DNA from: Methylophilaceae bacterium
GTDB taxonomy: Bacteria; Pseudomonadota; Gammaproteobacteria; Burkholderiales; Methylophilaceae
Direction of reading: 5' to 3'
Assembly: GCA_031422335.1 (NCBI GenBank)
Contig: JANOQW010000013.1
Span: 47,656 to 111,655, forward strand
DNA: 64,000 bases
Shown here piece by piece: positions 18,324 to 27,077 of this stretch. Numbering within the stretch: the stretch's first letter is position 1; the number at the start of each line of letters is the position of its first letter. The notes under the pieces are model-generated. The model did no database searches. It was not told where the DNA came from and saw only the letters and a program-made list of their open reading frames with translations. A program made the translations under genes and the position numbers.

Positions 18324-19346
18324 ATGATTGAATTCCTAGAATTAACAATTGACACCAATACATCTCGCGTAACTAATCGTGAAAGTGAGCATAGAGAGTT
18401 TAAAGCAGTATTCGATAGTAACAGTATATGGAAGTATGCTAAAACTATGGTGTCTTTCGCAAACAAAAATGGGGGAGTAATTTTTTTTGGAATTAAAGAT
18501 AACCCTAAAGAGATAATTGGGTTTAACGAAAATCTACCTGACCAATTAGTAATTGCAAATTTTCTCAATGAATGTTTTGAACCAGAAATTCATTTTTCAA
18601 TGGACACAAAAATTTATGGCGGAAAAACAGTGCTATACGTTTTAGTTAACCCTTCAAATTCTAAACCAGTAATATGTAAAAAGAATAAAACTGAGCGATT
18701 AATTGAAAAAGGAAAATCAGACAATGTATTGCTGCGTGAAGGCGCAATTTACTACAGGTATTCTACATCTACTGTAGAGATTAAATTTCCAGAGTTGAGC
18801 CGAATTCTTGAAGATAGGGTTCAAAGAGTTTTTCGTTCGCTTGTAGATAATATTACATTGTTAAACAAAGTTGGTTATGAAAAAGCCGCAATTGTTGATG
18901 CTGAAGATTTAAGTGGAAATGACAAAGTAACCTCAGTATATATAACTACCGAAACAGCTAAAAATATAAACTGGATACAGAAAGGACGTTTTTCTGAAAC
19001 ACCAGACTCTGTTGACAAGGCATATTACGTCACTCGTCAAATCGAAATTAAACAAGGTGTTGAAATTGAAAAGCCTGTTGACCCATCTAGAACTCATACA
19101 TTAACAAAAACAGCTTTAACTAAAGAAGTTAAAATCAATAACTATATTAACGCCGTGCTTTGGAAGTTAGGAATACTTGATAATGAAACATACCATATGC
19201 CAATACACCATGGTAAATCTATTTTGCACAAATTTACTGTATCTGCTAAAGAACGAATTTTGACAAATTATCCATTAGATATGCTGGGTAGAAAAGAAAT
19301 AATTAACAAAGTATGCGAAGAGTATAACGAAAGTCAAAGAAAATAA
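18324..19346 (+). CDS. Schlafen/AlbA_2 domain protein with uncharacterised C-terminal domain; AT-rich singleton
   Basis: RESEHREFK...KTMVSFANKNGGVIFFGIKD N-terminal signature. Visibly more AT-rich than the flanking genes. Confidence 0.8.
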   Translation: MIEFLELTIDTNTSRVTNRESEHREFKAVFDSNSIWKYAKTMVSFANKNGGVIFFGIKDNPKEIIGFNENLPDQLVIANFLNECFEPEIHFSMDTKIYGGKTVLYVLVNPSNSKPVICKKNKTERLIEKGKSDNVLLREGAIYYRYSTSTVEIKFPELSRILEDRVQRVFRSLVDNITLLNKVGYEKAAIVDAEDLSGNDKVTSVYITTETAKNINWIQKGRFSETPDSVDKAYYVTRQIEIKQGVEIEKPVDPSRTHTLTKTALTKEVKINNYINAVLWKLGILDNETYHMPIHHGKSILHKFTVSAKERILTNYPLDMLGRKEIINKVCEEYNESQRK

Positions 19347-19442
19347 ACTAGTCAGGGTATGGCTCAATAACTGTAGTATTCTGCAGTATGATTTCCTTTT
19401 GGCAGATAATGTTTAGCTAATCCGACCAGCAATACGCCCCAC

Positions 19443-19495
19443 AAAATAGATGCCCTGCAAGCCGCATGGATATTGGCCTGCAGAGCATCTATTTT
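19443..19495 (+). repeat. Copy 3 of the hairpin repeat (longest stem)
   Basis: AAAATAGATGC-C-CTGCA-A-GCC-[GCATGGATATT]-GGC-C-TGCAG-A-GCATCTATTTT, between convergent genes. May also act as a bidirectional terminator. Confidence 0.75.
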
Positions 19496-19500
19496 AAGTG

Positions 19501-20484
19501 TTATTTCAATTTATAAAGTCTGTTTTCTAGCGTTTTGCCTGCTTTTATATTATCTAAGCTGCTGCCTGCCGCATCGCCTAATTTAGCTAAGCGTTCATCT
19601 GGGTGCGGGTGCGTTTTAAATAATAATGCCACGCTGCTGTCAGATTGGCTAGTTTGGCTCATGGTTTGTAATACTTCGCTCAAGCTAAAGGCATCGTAGC
19701 CCGCGCGCGCCGCTAGAATCATGCCCATGCGGTCGGCTTCAAATTCGGCATCTTTATCTAGACCGCGTGCGCTAATCTCGGCGCCTGTGCCAACGACTTT
19801 TTTGGCGAGTTTATCTTTTTTGCTAAATAAATCGCCTATTTTACTAGCGCCATAGCCCAACAATTGCTGTTTTTGCAATACTTTTAATTGATGTTTTTTT
19901 ACCACATGTGCAATCTCGTGGCCAAGCACGCTGGCCAATTGTGCCTCGTTATGTAGTTTTGCATATAAACCTTTGGTAATCAGCACATAGCCGCCCGGCA
20001 TGGCAAACGCGTTCAAATCGGCGCTATCAATTACGCCAAATTTCCACGGTAAATTTTCGCGCTCACTTTGGCTGGCCACCCAACGGCCCACTTTATTCAC
20101 ATATTGTTGCAACGCAGCATCTTTTACCAAGGGCGCTGCGCCAAGCAAGCTGCCTGTAATTTCGCGACCCAGCGCAACTTCTTCTTCACGGCTTGGACTT
20201 TTCCAGTTAAAGGCTGGTTTTTCAGGCTCTGTTTTTGCTGCTTCTACTGGCGCAGTGGCATCGCCAGCAACCGCACCAGTATTGGCTTGCGGTGTAGGAT
20301 TGGAAGGTACAGGGGTGGAAGATGTATTTTCAGCAGGCTTGTCTTCGCCTTTCACCACTTCGTCTATTTTCTGTTTAGCAGCGTCTTCTAACACTTTGCC
20401 CAAATCTAGCGCATTGGCACTAGTTGCGATTAAGCCAGCAGCTAAAAATAAACTTAATAATAGTGCTGAATATTGTTTTGGCAT
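19501..20484 (-). CDS. Exported M48 family zinc metalloprotease
   Basis: Signal peptide, NAFAMPGGY, LGHEIAH (HExxH), EFEADRMG, THP..ERL. Confidence 0.9.
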   Translation of the reverse strand: MPKQYSALLLSLFLAAGLIATSANALDLGKVLEDAAKQKIDEVVKGEDKPAENTSSTPVPSNPTPQANTGAVAGDATAPVEAAKTEPEKPAFNWKSPSREEEVALGREITGSLLGAAPLVKDAALQQYVNKVGRWVASQSERENLPWKFGVIDSADLNAFAMPGGYVLITKGLYAKLHNEAQLASVLGHEIAHVVKKHQLKVLQKQQLLGYGASKIGDLFSKKDKLAKKVVGTGAEISARGLDKDAEFEADRMGMILAARAGYDAFSLSEVLQTMSQTSQSDSSVALLFKTHPHPDERLAKLGDAAGSSLDNIKAGKTLENRLYKLK

Positions 20485-20984
20485 TATTTGGCTCCTTTTA
20501 AGTAAGCCATTTTATTGGCGCTTAAACCGCCTGCTGCTGCATAACTTTTCGCATCGGCGGCAGAGGTTTGGTAGCTTTCCATTTGTTTCATTTCTTCTTC
20601 GTTAAATTTGGCAGCTTTCAGCTCTTCTGCGCTTAAACCGCGAATGCCTGTGGTGGAAACCACTTTGCCGGTGCCAGTACGGCCACTAGCCACATCGCTA
20701 ATGGCGCTGCCGCTAGATGAAGCGCCGCCACGTTTGACTGATAGCAAACGCACCCAACCCGTGCTTTTTTTGCTTTTAACTTGTAGCCAAGCGCCTTTTT
20801 TAGTGAGGATTTCGACAGCATCATTTTTTGCTAAGCTGCCCACAGTTTTGGCATCAGCAAATGGTTCTGCGCGCAAGCTATCCATTTTAATAGCGGTGCC
20901 AGATTCGCCAGCAAGCGCATGGATATTGGCTGTCATGCCAATAAAAAATGCCATAATAAAACAAATTTTTACTAATATTTTCAT
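20484..20984 (-). CDS. Exported SH3b-domain protein
   Basis: Signal peptide, LRAEPFADAK..G.L....V.IL..KGAWLQV....GWV SH3b pattern. TAATG overlap with the M48 gene. Confidence 0.8.
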   Translation of the reverse strand: MKILVKICFIMAFFIGMTANIHALAGESGTAIKMDSLRAEPFADAKTVGSLAKNDAVEILTKKGAWLQVKSKKSTGWVRLLSVKRGGASSSGSAISDVASGRTGTGKVVSTTGIRGLSAEELKAAKFNEEEMKQMESYQTSAADAKSYAAAGGLSANKMAYLKGAK

Positions 20985-22684
20985 GCTAAATCCTTCATAT
21001 TGTCATCGTCTTGGTGTTCCAGTTTAATCACCGCTTGCGCAAACAAACTACGCCACTGCGATGCCAGAGTGACCGTTGATTGATTGACTAATTTACCTTC
21101 ATGCAGCGCATAACGCGTGGTGGTGGTGTTTGGTAGACCAATGCTGGCAATTAAAGTTGGTAACTGCGTGGCAATACTTTGCGCATCTTGCTTGGCCGCC
21201 GCGTCATATTCTTGTTTGTTGTCGGCATACATCCAACTCACTACTAGCATATCGCCAAATAATCCCCAAATGCCGCTTTGCGTACCTGCTAATATTTCGA
21301 TATTGTTAGGCGTTTTGCTGGTAAGCTCAATTTCGCGTTTAAGTTTTTTAAGTATGGCATCGCTAAGCGCCTCGCTGGCTTCTACCAAAATCGGCATCAT
21401 CAGCACGCGGTGCTCGGCTGCATCGTTACTTACGCCAAACGCTAGCCAGCGCTGCAGCGCGCGATCTGTCGCCAACGCATAAATTTTGGCGATACCAAAC
21501 AGCGCAATCGCCCATAAAATGGGTGCAGTTAAGTCTAAATAGGTGTTGCTGACGTTGATGGCGATGTATGACAGCACCAATAGGCCGATTTGGCTGCCAG
21601 TAAAGATGGAATTGAATCTATCGCGATCGACCTTAAAGTAAAACGCGGCGGTAGTGAGCCAAATTAACAATAAGCTAAGCAAAATATACGGTGTTTTGCC
21701 GCGCCACACTTTTAAGTAATCGCCGTGTTTGGCGTTATCTATAGCGGTGGCAAGGATTTCTACACCGGGGAACTGCTTATCCATGGCGGTGGGTTTAATG
21801 TCAAATAGCCCTGGCGCAGTAGAGCCAATTATGACGATTTTATTGGTGAATTCATTTTGCGGGCGTTTTTTGTCTTTGCTGGCTAGGTCAGTAAACACAT
21901 CGCTAAAAGTAGCGTAACTGTAAGTAAACGGCTTGCCGCGCCAATTAATCAGCATGTCTTTTGGAATGCTATCTGTATCTGCGCCCGCAAACTTGGCAAT
22001 TGCCAAAGGTAGCGAGGGCAATACCCAGCCAGATTCGTCATGCAACATGCGGTATTCGCGCACAATGCCATCGTTATCCGGGTACACATTGTGCGTGCCA
22101 AGCCTGCCTGCTTTAAGCGCGCCTTTAAAGTAGGGCAAAATGGCGGCAATGGTGTCAGCGTCTTCAGAATCTGAGCCCGCAACAATGCCAGGAATTTGCT
22201 TGTATTTTAATTTGCTCAAGCTATCTTGGCTGGAGTCTAAACGCAAAATGGGGAAGAAAGTATTGTCGCTGCCTGTAATCACCTCGTTAAAATAGGCATC
22301 GCTGTCGGCGTTGTAAATATCGGCATCGCTAAACACAATATCAAACACAATAGCTTTGGGGTTTTGCGCTTGAATATTCTCCAAAAACTCGCCCAACACT
22401 TGGCGCGGCCAAGGCCAGCGGCCATATTCCCTGGCAAATGCACTCAAGCTGGCCTCGTTAATATCCACAATGACAATATCTTTATCGACTTTAGGTTCGA
22501 TGACGCGATGTTTCACCATAAAATCGAAGGCTTTATCGCGCATGTTCTCACCAACATGAAACACGCCAGCATCTAACAACACCAACAACGTAAACAGCGT
22601 GGCCAAATAAATGTAAAAGTTATTTTTTAATTTACGGGTGAGGTTGGCCAGCCATTGGCCGATGAGAAGTCTTAATTTAGTCAT
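20981..22684 (-). CDS. CHASE2 sensor, three C-terminal TM helices and a degenerate cyclase-like cytoplasmic tail
   Basis: IVIVDINEASL..YGRWPWPR, AIVFDIVFSD, LINWRG, KIVIIGSTAPGLFDIKPT, PGVEILATAIDN. ATGA-type overlap with the SH3 gene. Confidence 0.85.
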   Translation of the reverse strand: MTKLRLLIGQWLANLTRKLKNNFYIYLATLFTLLVLLDAGVFHVGENMRDKAFDFMVKHRVIEPKVDKDIVIVDINEASLSAFAREYGRWPWPRQVLGEFLENIQAQNPKAIVFDIVFSDADIYNADSDAYFNEVITGSDNTFFPILRLDSSQDSLSKLKYKQIPGIVAGSDSEDADTIAAILPYFKGALKAGRLGTHNVYPDNDGIVREYRMLHDESGWVLPSLPLAIAKFAGADTDSIPKDMLINWRGKPFTYSYATFSDVFTDLASKDKKRPQNEFTNKIVIIGSTAPGLFDIKPTAMDKQFPGVEILATAIDNAKHGDYLKVWRGKTPYILLSLLLIWLTTAAFYFKVDRDRFNSIFTGSQIGLLVLSYIAINVSNTYLDLTAPILWAIALFGIAKIYALATDRALQRWLAFGVSNDAAEHRVLMMPILVEASEALSDAILKKLKREIELTSKTPNNIEILAGTQSGIWGLFGDMLVVSWMYADNKQEYDAAAKQDAQSIATQLPTLIASIGLPNTTTTRYALHEGKLVNQSTVTLASQWRSLFAQAVIKLEHQDDDNMKDLA

Positions 22685-22722
22685 GTGAAGGTTTAGTCAT
22701 ATGAAGGTTTAATCATGTGAGG
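22676..22722. repeat. 3x 16-bp tandem direct repeat in the divergent CHASE2/rmuC intergenic region
   Basis: TTTAGTCATGTGAAGG / TTTAGTCATATGAAGG / TTTAATCATGTGAGG. Confidence 0.85.
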
Positions 22723-22752
22723 AAGATGTCACTGTAGTTTATAATAAACAGT

Positions 22753-24075
22753 ATGAACGAAATTATAGTCTTACTTTTAGTGTCGGTGCTGTTTTTGCTG
22801 CTGTGGCTGACATGGCGCGAGTTTACTAACAGCAAAAACAGCGCATTATTAAACCAGCTAGAAGACAAGCATCGCGCTATGTTGCTTGATTTAAATGATG
22901 GTTTAAACAAGCTGGGAGACCGCATGAATACTTCCTCGCAGACCAATGCCGAAAATCTAAAAAATACGGTTTCACTAGAGTTAAATACTACGCGCGATGC
23001 CATGCAAGCGCTGCAATTGGCGCAAAATAGCAGCTTGGCGCAAACCCGAGAAACCGTACTAGAAACGCTGCATAAAACCTTAAGCGAGCAAGGTAAAAGC
23101 CAACAAAGTTTAATTAATGACACCATGCTAAAAGCGACGACTACGTTGACGCAAAGCGTGGAAAGCTTGGGCAAAATTGTCGATGCGCGGCTAGAACAGA
23201 TTGGTGGCAAAGTATCGGAGCGGTTAGACGAAGGTTTCAAAAAAACCAACGAAACCTTCATTAGCGTGATGGAGCGCCTAGCCACCATTGACGAGGCACA
23301 AAAGAAGATTGATGGCCTGACCGTGAACATGGTGAGCTTGCAAGAATTGTTGGGGGATAAAAAAAGCCGCGGTGCGTATGGCGAGGTGCAGCTTGAAGGG
23401 TTAGTGCGCAACGCACTGCCACCAGATAGCTTTAAAATGCAGCATACGTTTAGTAATGATACGCGGGTAGATTGCGCGCTATTTCTGCCCGAACCGACTG
23501 GTACGGTGGCGGTGGATAGCAAATTTCCGCTCGAAAATTACCACAAAATGTTTGACAGTAGCCTGCCAGAAGCCGCACAGAATATGGCTGAGAAGCAATT
23601 TAAGCTGGATATTAAAAAGCATGTCGATGATATTGCTGCCAAATACATTATTCCGAATGTGACTAGTGACGGCGCGGTCATGTTTATCCCGGCCGAGGCA
23701 GTGTTTGCCGAGATTCATGCTTATCATCCAGAAGTGATTGATTACGCCATGAATAAGCGCGTTTGGCTGGTTTCGCCGACGACCTTGATGGCTGTGCTGA
23801 ATACGGCGCGCGCCGTGCTAAAAGATGTGGAAATGCGCAAACAAGTACACATTATTAAAGATGAGTTAGGCAAACTAAGCAAGGATTTTGAGCGTTTTGA
23901 TGTGCGCATGAAAAAACTGGCGGATAATATTCGCCAAGCGCACGATAACGCGCAAGAAGTGCATAAATCAAGCCAAAAAATCACGAATCGATTTAAACAA
24001 ATTGAGCGGGTAGAATTAAGTAGCCAGCCTGCTGATTTGTTGGATGTGATTGACGAAGAAATTGATAATAAATAA
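22753..24075 (+). CDS. rmuC: DNA recombination protein RmuC
   Basis: N-terminal TM and coiled coil, then KSRGAYGEVQLE, VDSKFPLENY, VMFIPAEAVF, VSPTTLMA. Confidence 0.95.
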   Translation: MNEIIVLLLVSVLFLLLWLTWREFTNSKNSALLNQLEDKHRAMLLDLNDGLNKLGDRMNTSSQTNAENLKNTVSLELNTTRDAMQALQLAQNSSLAQTRETVLETLHKTLSEQGKSQQSLINDTMLKATTTLTQSVESLGKIVDARLEQIGGKVSERLDEGFKKTNETFISVMERLATIDEAQKKIDGLTVNMVSLQELLGDKKSRGAYGEVQLEGLVRNALPPDSFKMQHTFSNDTRVDCALFLPEPTGTVAVDSKFPLENYHKMFDSSLPEAAQNMAEKQFKLDIKKHVDDIAAKYIIPNVTSDGAVMFIPAEAVFAEIHAYHPEVIDYAMNKRVWLVSPTTLMAVLNTARAVLKDVEMRKQVHIIKDELGKLSKDFERFDVRMKKLADNIRQAHDNAQEVHKSSQKITNRFKQIERVELSSQPADLLDVIDEEIDNK

Positions 24076-24098
24076 CATTAAATTAATTAAATAAGTAT

Positions 24099-24356
24099 AT
24101 GAATATTAATATTTTATATTTCGCACGCATTAAAGAATCAGTCAATTATTCGTCTGAAAATTTAGATTTACCAAGCGACGTAAAAACGGTGACTGCCTTG
24201 AAAAATCACTTATCTTTGCGTGGCGAAAACTGGGCTAATTTGTTTAACGGCAAGCAAGTGGTGCGCGCTGCCATTAATCACACTTTGGTTGACGATCTGG
24301 CGGCGATTAATGCTGGCGATGAGGTCGCGTTTTTCCCACCAGTGACTGGTGGATAG
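24099..24356 (+). CDS. moaD: Molybdopterin synthase sulfur carrier subunit
   Basis: ILYFARIKE...DEVAFFPPVTGG, ending in diglycine. Confidence 0.95.
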   Translation: MNINILYFARIKESVNYSSENLDLPSDVKTVTALKNHLSLRGENWANLFNGKQVVRAAINHTLVDDLAAINAGDEVAFFPPVTGG

Positions 24357-24377
24357 TCGGGTGGCTAATAGCAAATA

Positions 24378-24857
24378 ATGACTGTGCGCATACAAATCGA
24401 GGATTTTGACCTAGGCCAGGAGCTAATATCCATGCGCCTTGCAGAGCATGCTAATCAAGATGTCGCAAATAATGCAAGTAATATTGGCGCATTGGTGAGC
24501 TTTGTGGGGCAAGTTCGCGACATGAATGACGGAGACAGCATCAACACGCTAACGCTGGAGCATTATCCTGAAATGACTGAGAAAGCGTTATTGGGAATAG
24601 AGAGTGAAGCTAAAAACCGTTGGGATATTATTGGTAGCTTGATCATTCATCGGGTGGGAACGCTCAAACCGCTTGATCAGATCGTTTTAGTTGCGGTGAC
24701 TAGCGCACACCGAGGCGAGGCATTTAAAGCCTGCGAATTTATCATGGATTACCTTAAAACCAGTGCGCCATTTTGGAAAAAAGAAAGCACAAATCAGGGT
24801 GAGCGTTGGGTAGATGCGAAACTTAGTGACGATGCCGCAAAAGCACGTTGGAAATAG
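24378..24857 (+). CDS. moaE: Molybdopterin synthase catalytic subunit
   Basis: LEHYPEMTEK, HRVGTL, SAHRGEAF, LKTSAPFWKKE. Confidence 0.96.
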   Translation: MTVRIQIEDFDLGQELISMRLAEHANQDVANNASNIGALVSFVGQVRDMNDGDSINTLTLEHYPEMTEKALLGIESEAKNRWDIIGSLIIHRVGTLKPLDQIVLVAVTSAHRGEAFKACEFIMDYLKTSAPFWKKESTNQGERWVDAKLSDDAAKARWK

Positions 24858-24902
24858 CGCTGTTAAAAAACTTATAAAATACAGAAATAACTGATAAAAA
24901 CT

Positions 24903-27074
24903 ATGCAAATATTAAACGCCAGCCAACTCAGCGCAGAAATTAACTTAAGCGATTTTAAGTTTGATTCAACTGAAGAATTGTTGAGCAACACCAAGCCAGA
25001 TAAAGGCAGCAGCCATGCTTGGGTAGCGCAAACGCAGGCCAAAAAAGCGGCACTATTTGGTTTAAGAGTTCCGCAAGCAGGTTTTAACATATTAGTGCTG
25101 GGCGAGCAGGGCAGCGGCCGCACATCGCTGATGCAAAGCGCCATGCATGATGTAGCAAAAAATAGCACGACAGATTTGCACGATTTGGTAGCCATTTGCA
25201 ATTTTGAGCAAACGCAGCAGCCAACATTAATCAAGCTGCCAGCTGGGTTTGGTCACAAATTACGTACTGAGATGGATGGTTTTGCGCGCGCGTTGATGAT
25301 TGAGTTACCCAAGTTTGTGGCGGCTGGCAGTGCAGAGGCAATGACGCAAGCTGCGCAAGCTTGGTTGACTAATGCAATCAACACGCTAGAGGTAAACTTT
25401 GCAAGCAGCAAACCAGCTTTGGGCGATTACTTTAAGTTGACCAGCCAAGAATGTTTGGCTTATTTAAGCGCTTGGCAGCAAACCAGTAATGATGCCGAAA
25501 ATACTACAGAAGCCAGCGCAGAGGCTAATTTGGACGGCTTGATTAATGAAACATTTTTTGCGCGCTTTCGCGTCAATGTTTTATTAAGTAATGAGCAAGA
25601 CAAAACCAAACCAGTTATTTACGATAACGACCCAAGTCTAGTCTCTTTATTTGGCGGCCTAGACACCACAGGCGATAGCGCCACGCCCGAGTTTTTGCGC
25701 TTGCGTGCAGGCAATTTGCACAAAGCCGATGGCGGCATGTTGCTGTTACATTTGCGCGATTTGCTTAGTGATGAAAGCAATGGCGCTAGCATTATTGAAA
25801 AGCTACATCGATTTTTACGTAACGGCACCTTACAAATTGAAGATAGTGGCAGCAGCACGCAAAGCGTAAGCAATGTGCTGAGCAACACGTTAATTTCGCT
25901 GCAGATTAAGCTGGTGCTGATTGCCACGCGCGAAGATTTTTATGATTGCTTAGACCAAAACCCCGATTTTTTTGATTACTTTCCCATCAAAGTAGAGTTT
26001 GCCGAGCGCATTTTAGCCAATGTTGAAAATTATGCGGCCATTGCAGGTTTTGTGGCGCAAAAATGTGCGCAGCACCATATTCCACACTTCAATCGAGCAG
26101 CCGTTGCCACTTTAATTGGCGCGCTACAGCGCATGGAAGAAGACCAAACCAGAATTAGCACCAACTTTGCTTTTTTAGAGCGTTTAATGCTAGAAAGTGT
26201 GGCCTTTGCAGGAAAGGTTGATCTGATTACCGCAGCGCATGTGCAAGCTTCTATACAAGAAAAATCGACTAGAAACCGCTATTTTGAAGAGCAAATTCGC
26301 GATTCGATTATTGATAACGAGCTGCTGATTCAAGTGCAGGGAGCGGTTGTAGGGCAGGTAAATGGCCTGACACATATTGAGCTGGGTGATGCCAGTTTTG
26401 GCTCGCCCATTCGCATCACCGCGCGCTGTTACCCAGGGGCTAAAGGTTTGATTAATATCGACCGCGAAGTGAACATGAGCGGGCCGAATCATGATAAAGG
26501 TATATTTATTTTACAAAACTGGCTTAGCGCCAGCTTTAGCCATTTAGCACCGCTTAGCTTAAATGCTTCACTGGTGTTTGAGCAAGAATATAACGGCGTA
26601 GAGGGCGATTCTGCAAGTTGTGCCGAGCTGTTTGCTTTGCTTTCTGCTTTGGCCGATTTGCCGATTCAGCAAGGTATTGCAGTCACTGGCGCCTTAAATC
26701 AATTTGGCGAGGTAATGCCAATTGGCGGCGTGAATGAAAAAATTGAAGGTTATTTTAGGGTGTGCCTTGCTTTAGGCTTAAATGGTAAGCAAGGCGTGAT
26801 TATCCCCAAGCGTAACCAGCGCCATTTGTTGTTAGATAGTGCGGTGGTGAATGCAGTAAAAGCAGGCCAGTTTCATATTATTGCCATTGAGCATGTGTTA
26901 GAAGGTATCGAGTATTTAACAGGCACGCCAGCAGGTGCACCAAATAAGGCTGCTGGCGATGCTGTTGCATCTGTGCAAGGTATTTCAGTAATGGCGCAAG
27001 CTGAATTGACATTAGCGGCCTATCGCAAAACTTTAGAATCTAATCAAAAATTTCAACCAAACTTAAGCCAGTAA
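24903..27074 (+). CDS. Lon-like protease, LonC/YcbZ type with degenerate AAA module
   Basis: Ser-Lys dyad motifs VEGDSAS and GGVNEKIEG, LHKADGG, altered Walker A GEQGSGRT. Confidence 0.88.
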   Translation: MQILNASQLSAEINLSDFKFDSTEELLSNTKPDKGSSHAWVAQTQAKKAALFGLRVPQAGFNILVLGEQGSGRTSLMQSAMHDVAKNSTTDLHDLVAICNFEQTQQPTLIKLPAGFGHKLRTEMDGFARALMIELPKFVAAGSAEAMTQAAQAWLTNAINTLEVNFASSKPALGDYFKLTSQECLAYLSAWQQTSNDAENTTEASAEANLDGLINETFFARFRVNVLLSNEQDKTKPVIYDNDPSLVSLFGGLDTTGDSATPEFLRLRAGNLHKADGGMLLLHLRDLLSDESNGASIIEKLHRFLRNGTLQIEDSGSSTQSVSNVLSNTLISLQIKLVLIATREDFYDCLDQNPDFFDYFPIKVEFAERILANVENYAAIAGFVAQKCAQHHIPHFNRAAVATLIGALQRMEEDQTRISTNFAFLERLMLESVAFAGKVDLITAAHVQASIQEKSTRNRYFEEQIRDSIIDNELLIQVQGAVVGQVNGLTHIELGDASFGSPIRITARCYPGAKGLINIDREVNMSGPNHDKGIFILQNWLSASFSHLAPLSLNASLVFEQEYNGVEGDSASCAELFALLSALADLPIQQGIAVTGALNQFGEVMPIGGVNEKIEGYFRVCLALGLNGKQGVIIPKRNQRHLLLDSAVVNAVKAGQFHIIAIEHVLEGIEYLTGTPAGAPNKAAGDAVASVQGISVMAQAELTLAAYRKTLESNQKFQPNLSQ

Positions 27075-27077
27075 ATC

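Noticed and set aside
22732-22751. CTGT...ACAG inverted repeat before rmuC as a LexA (SOS) box
   Set aside because: The spacer is 12 nt, whereas the beta/gammaproteobacterial box needs CTGT-N8-ACAG. No correctly spaced alternative was found.
25090-25130. Walker A with Arg in place of Lys in the Lon-like protease as a novelty
   Set aside because: A degenerate AAA module is an established trait of LonC/YcbZ-type proteases.
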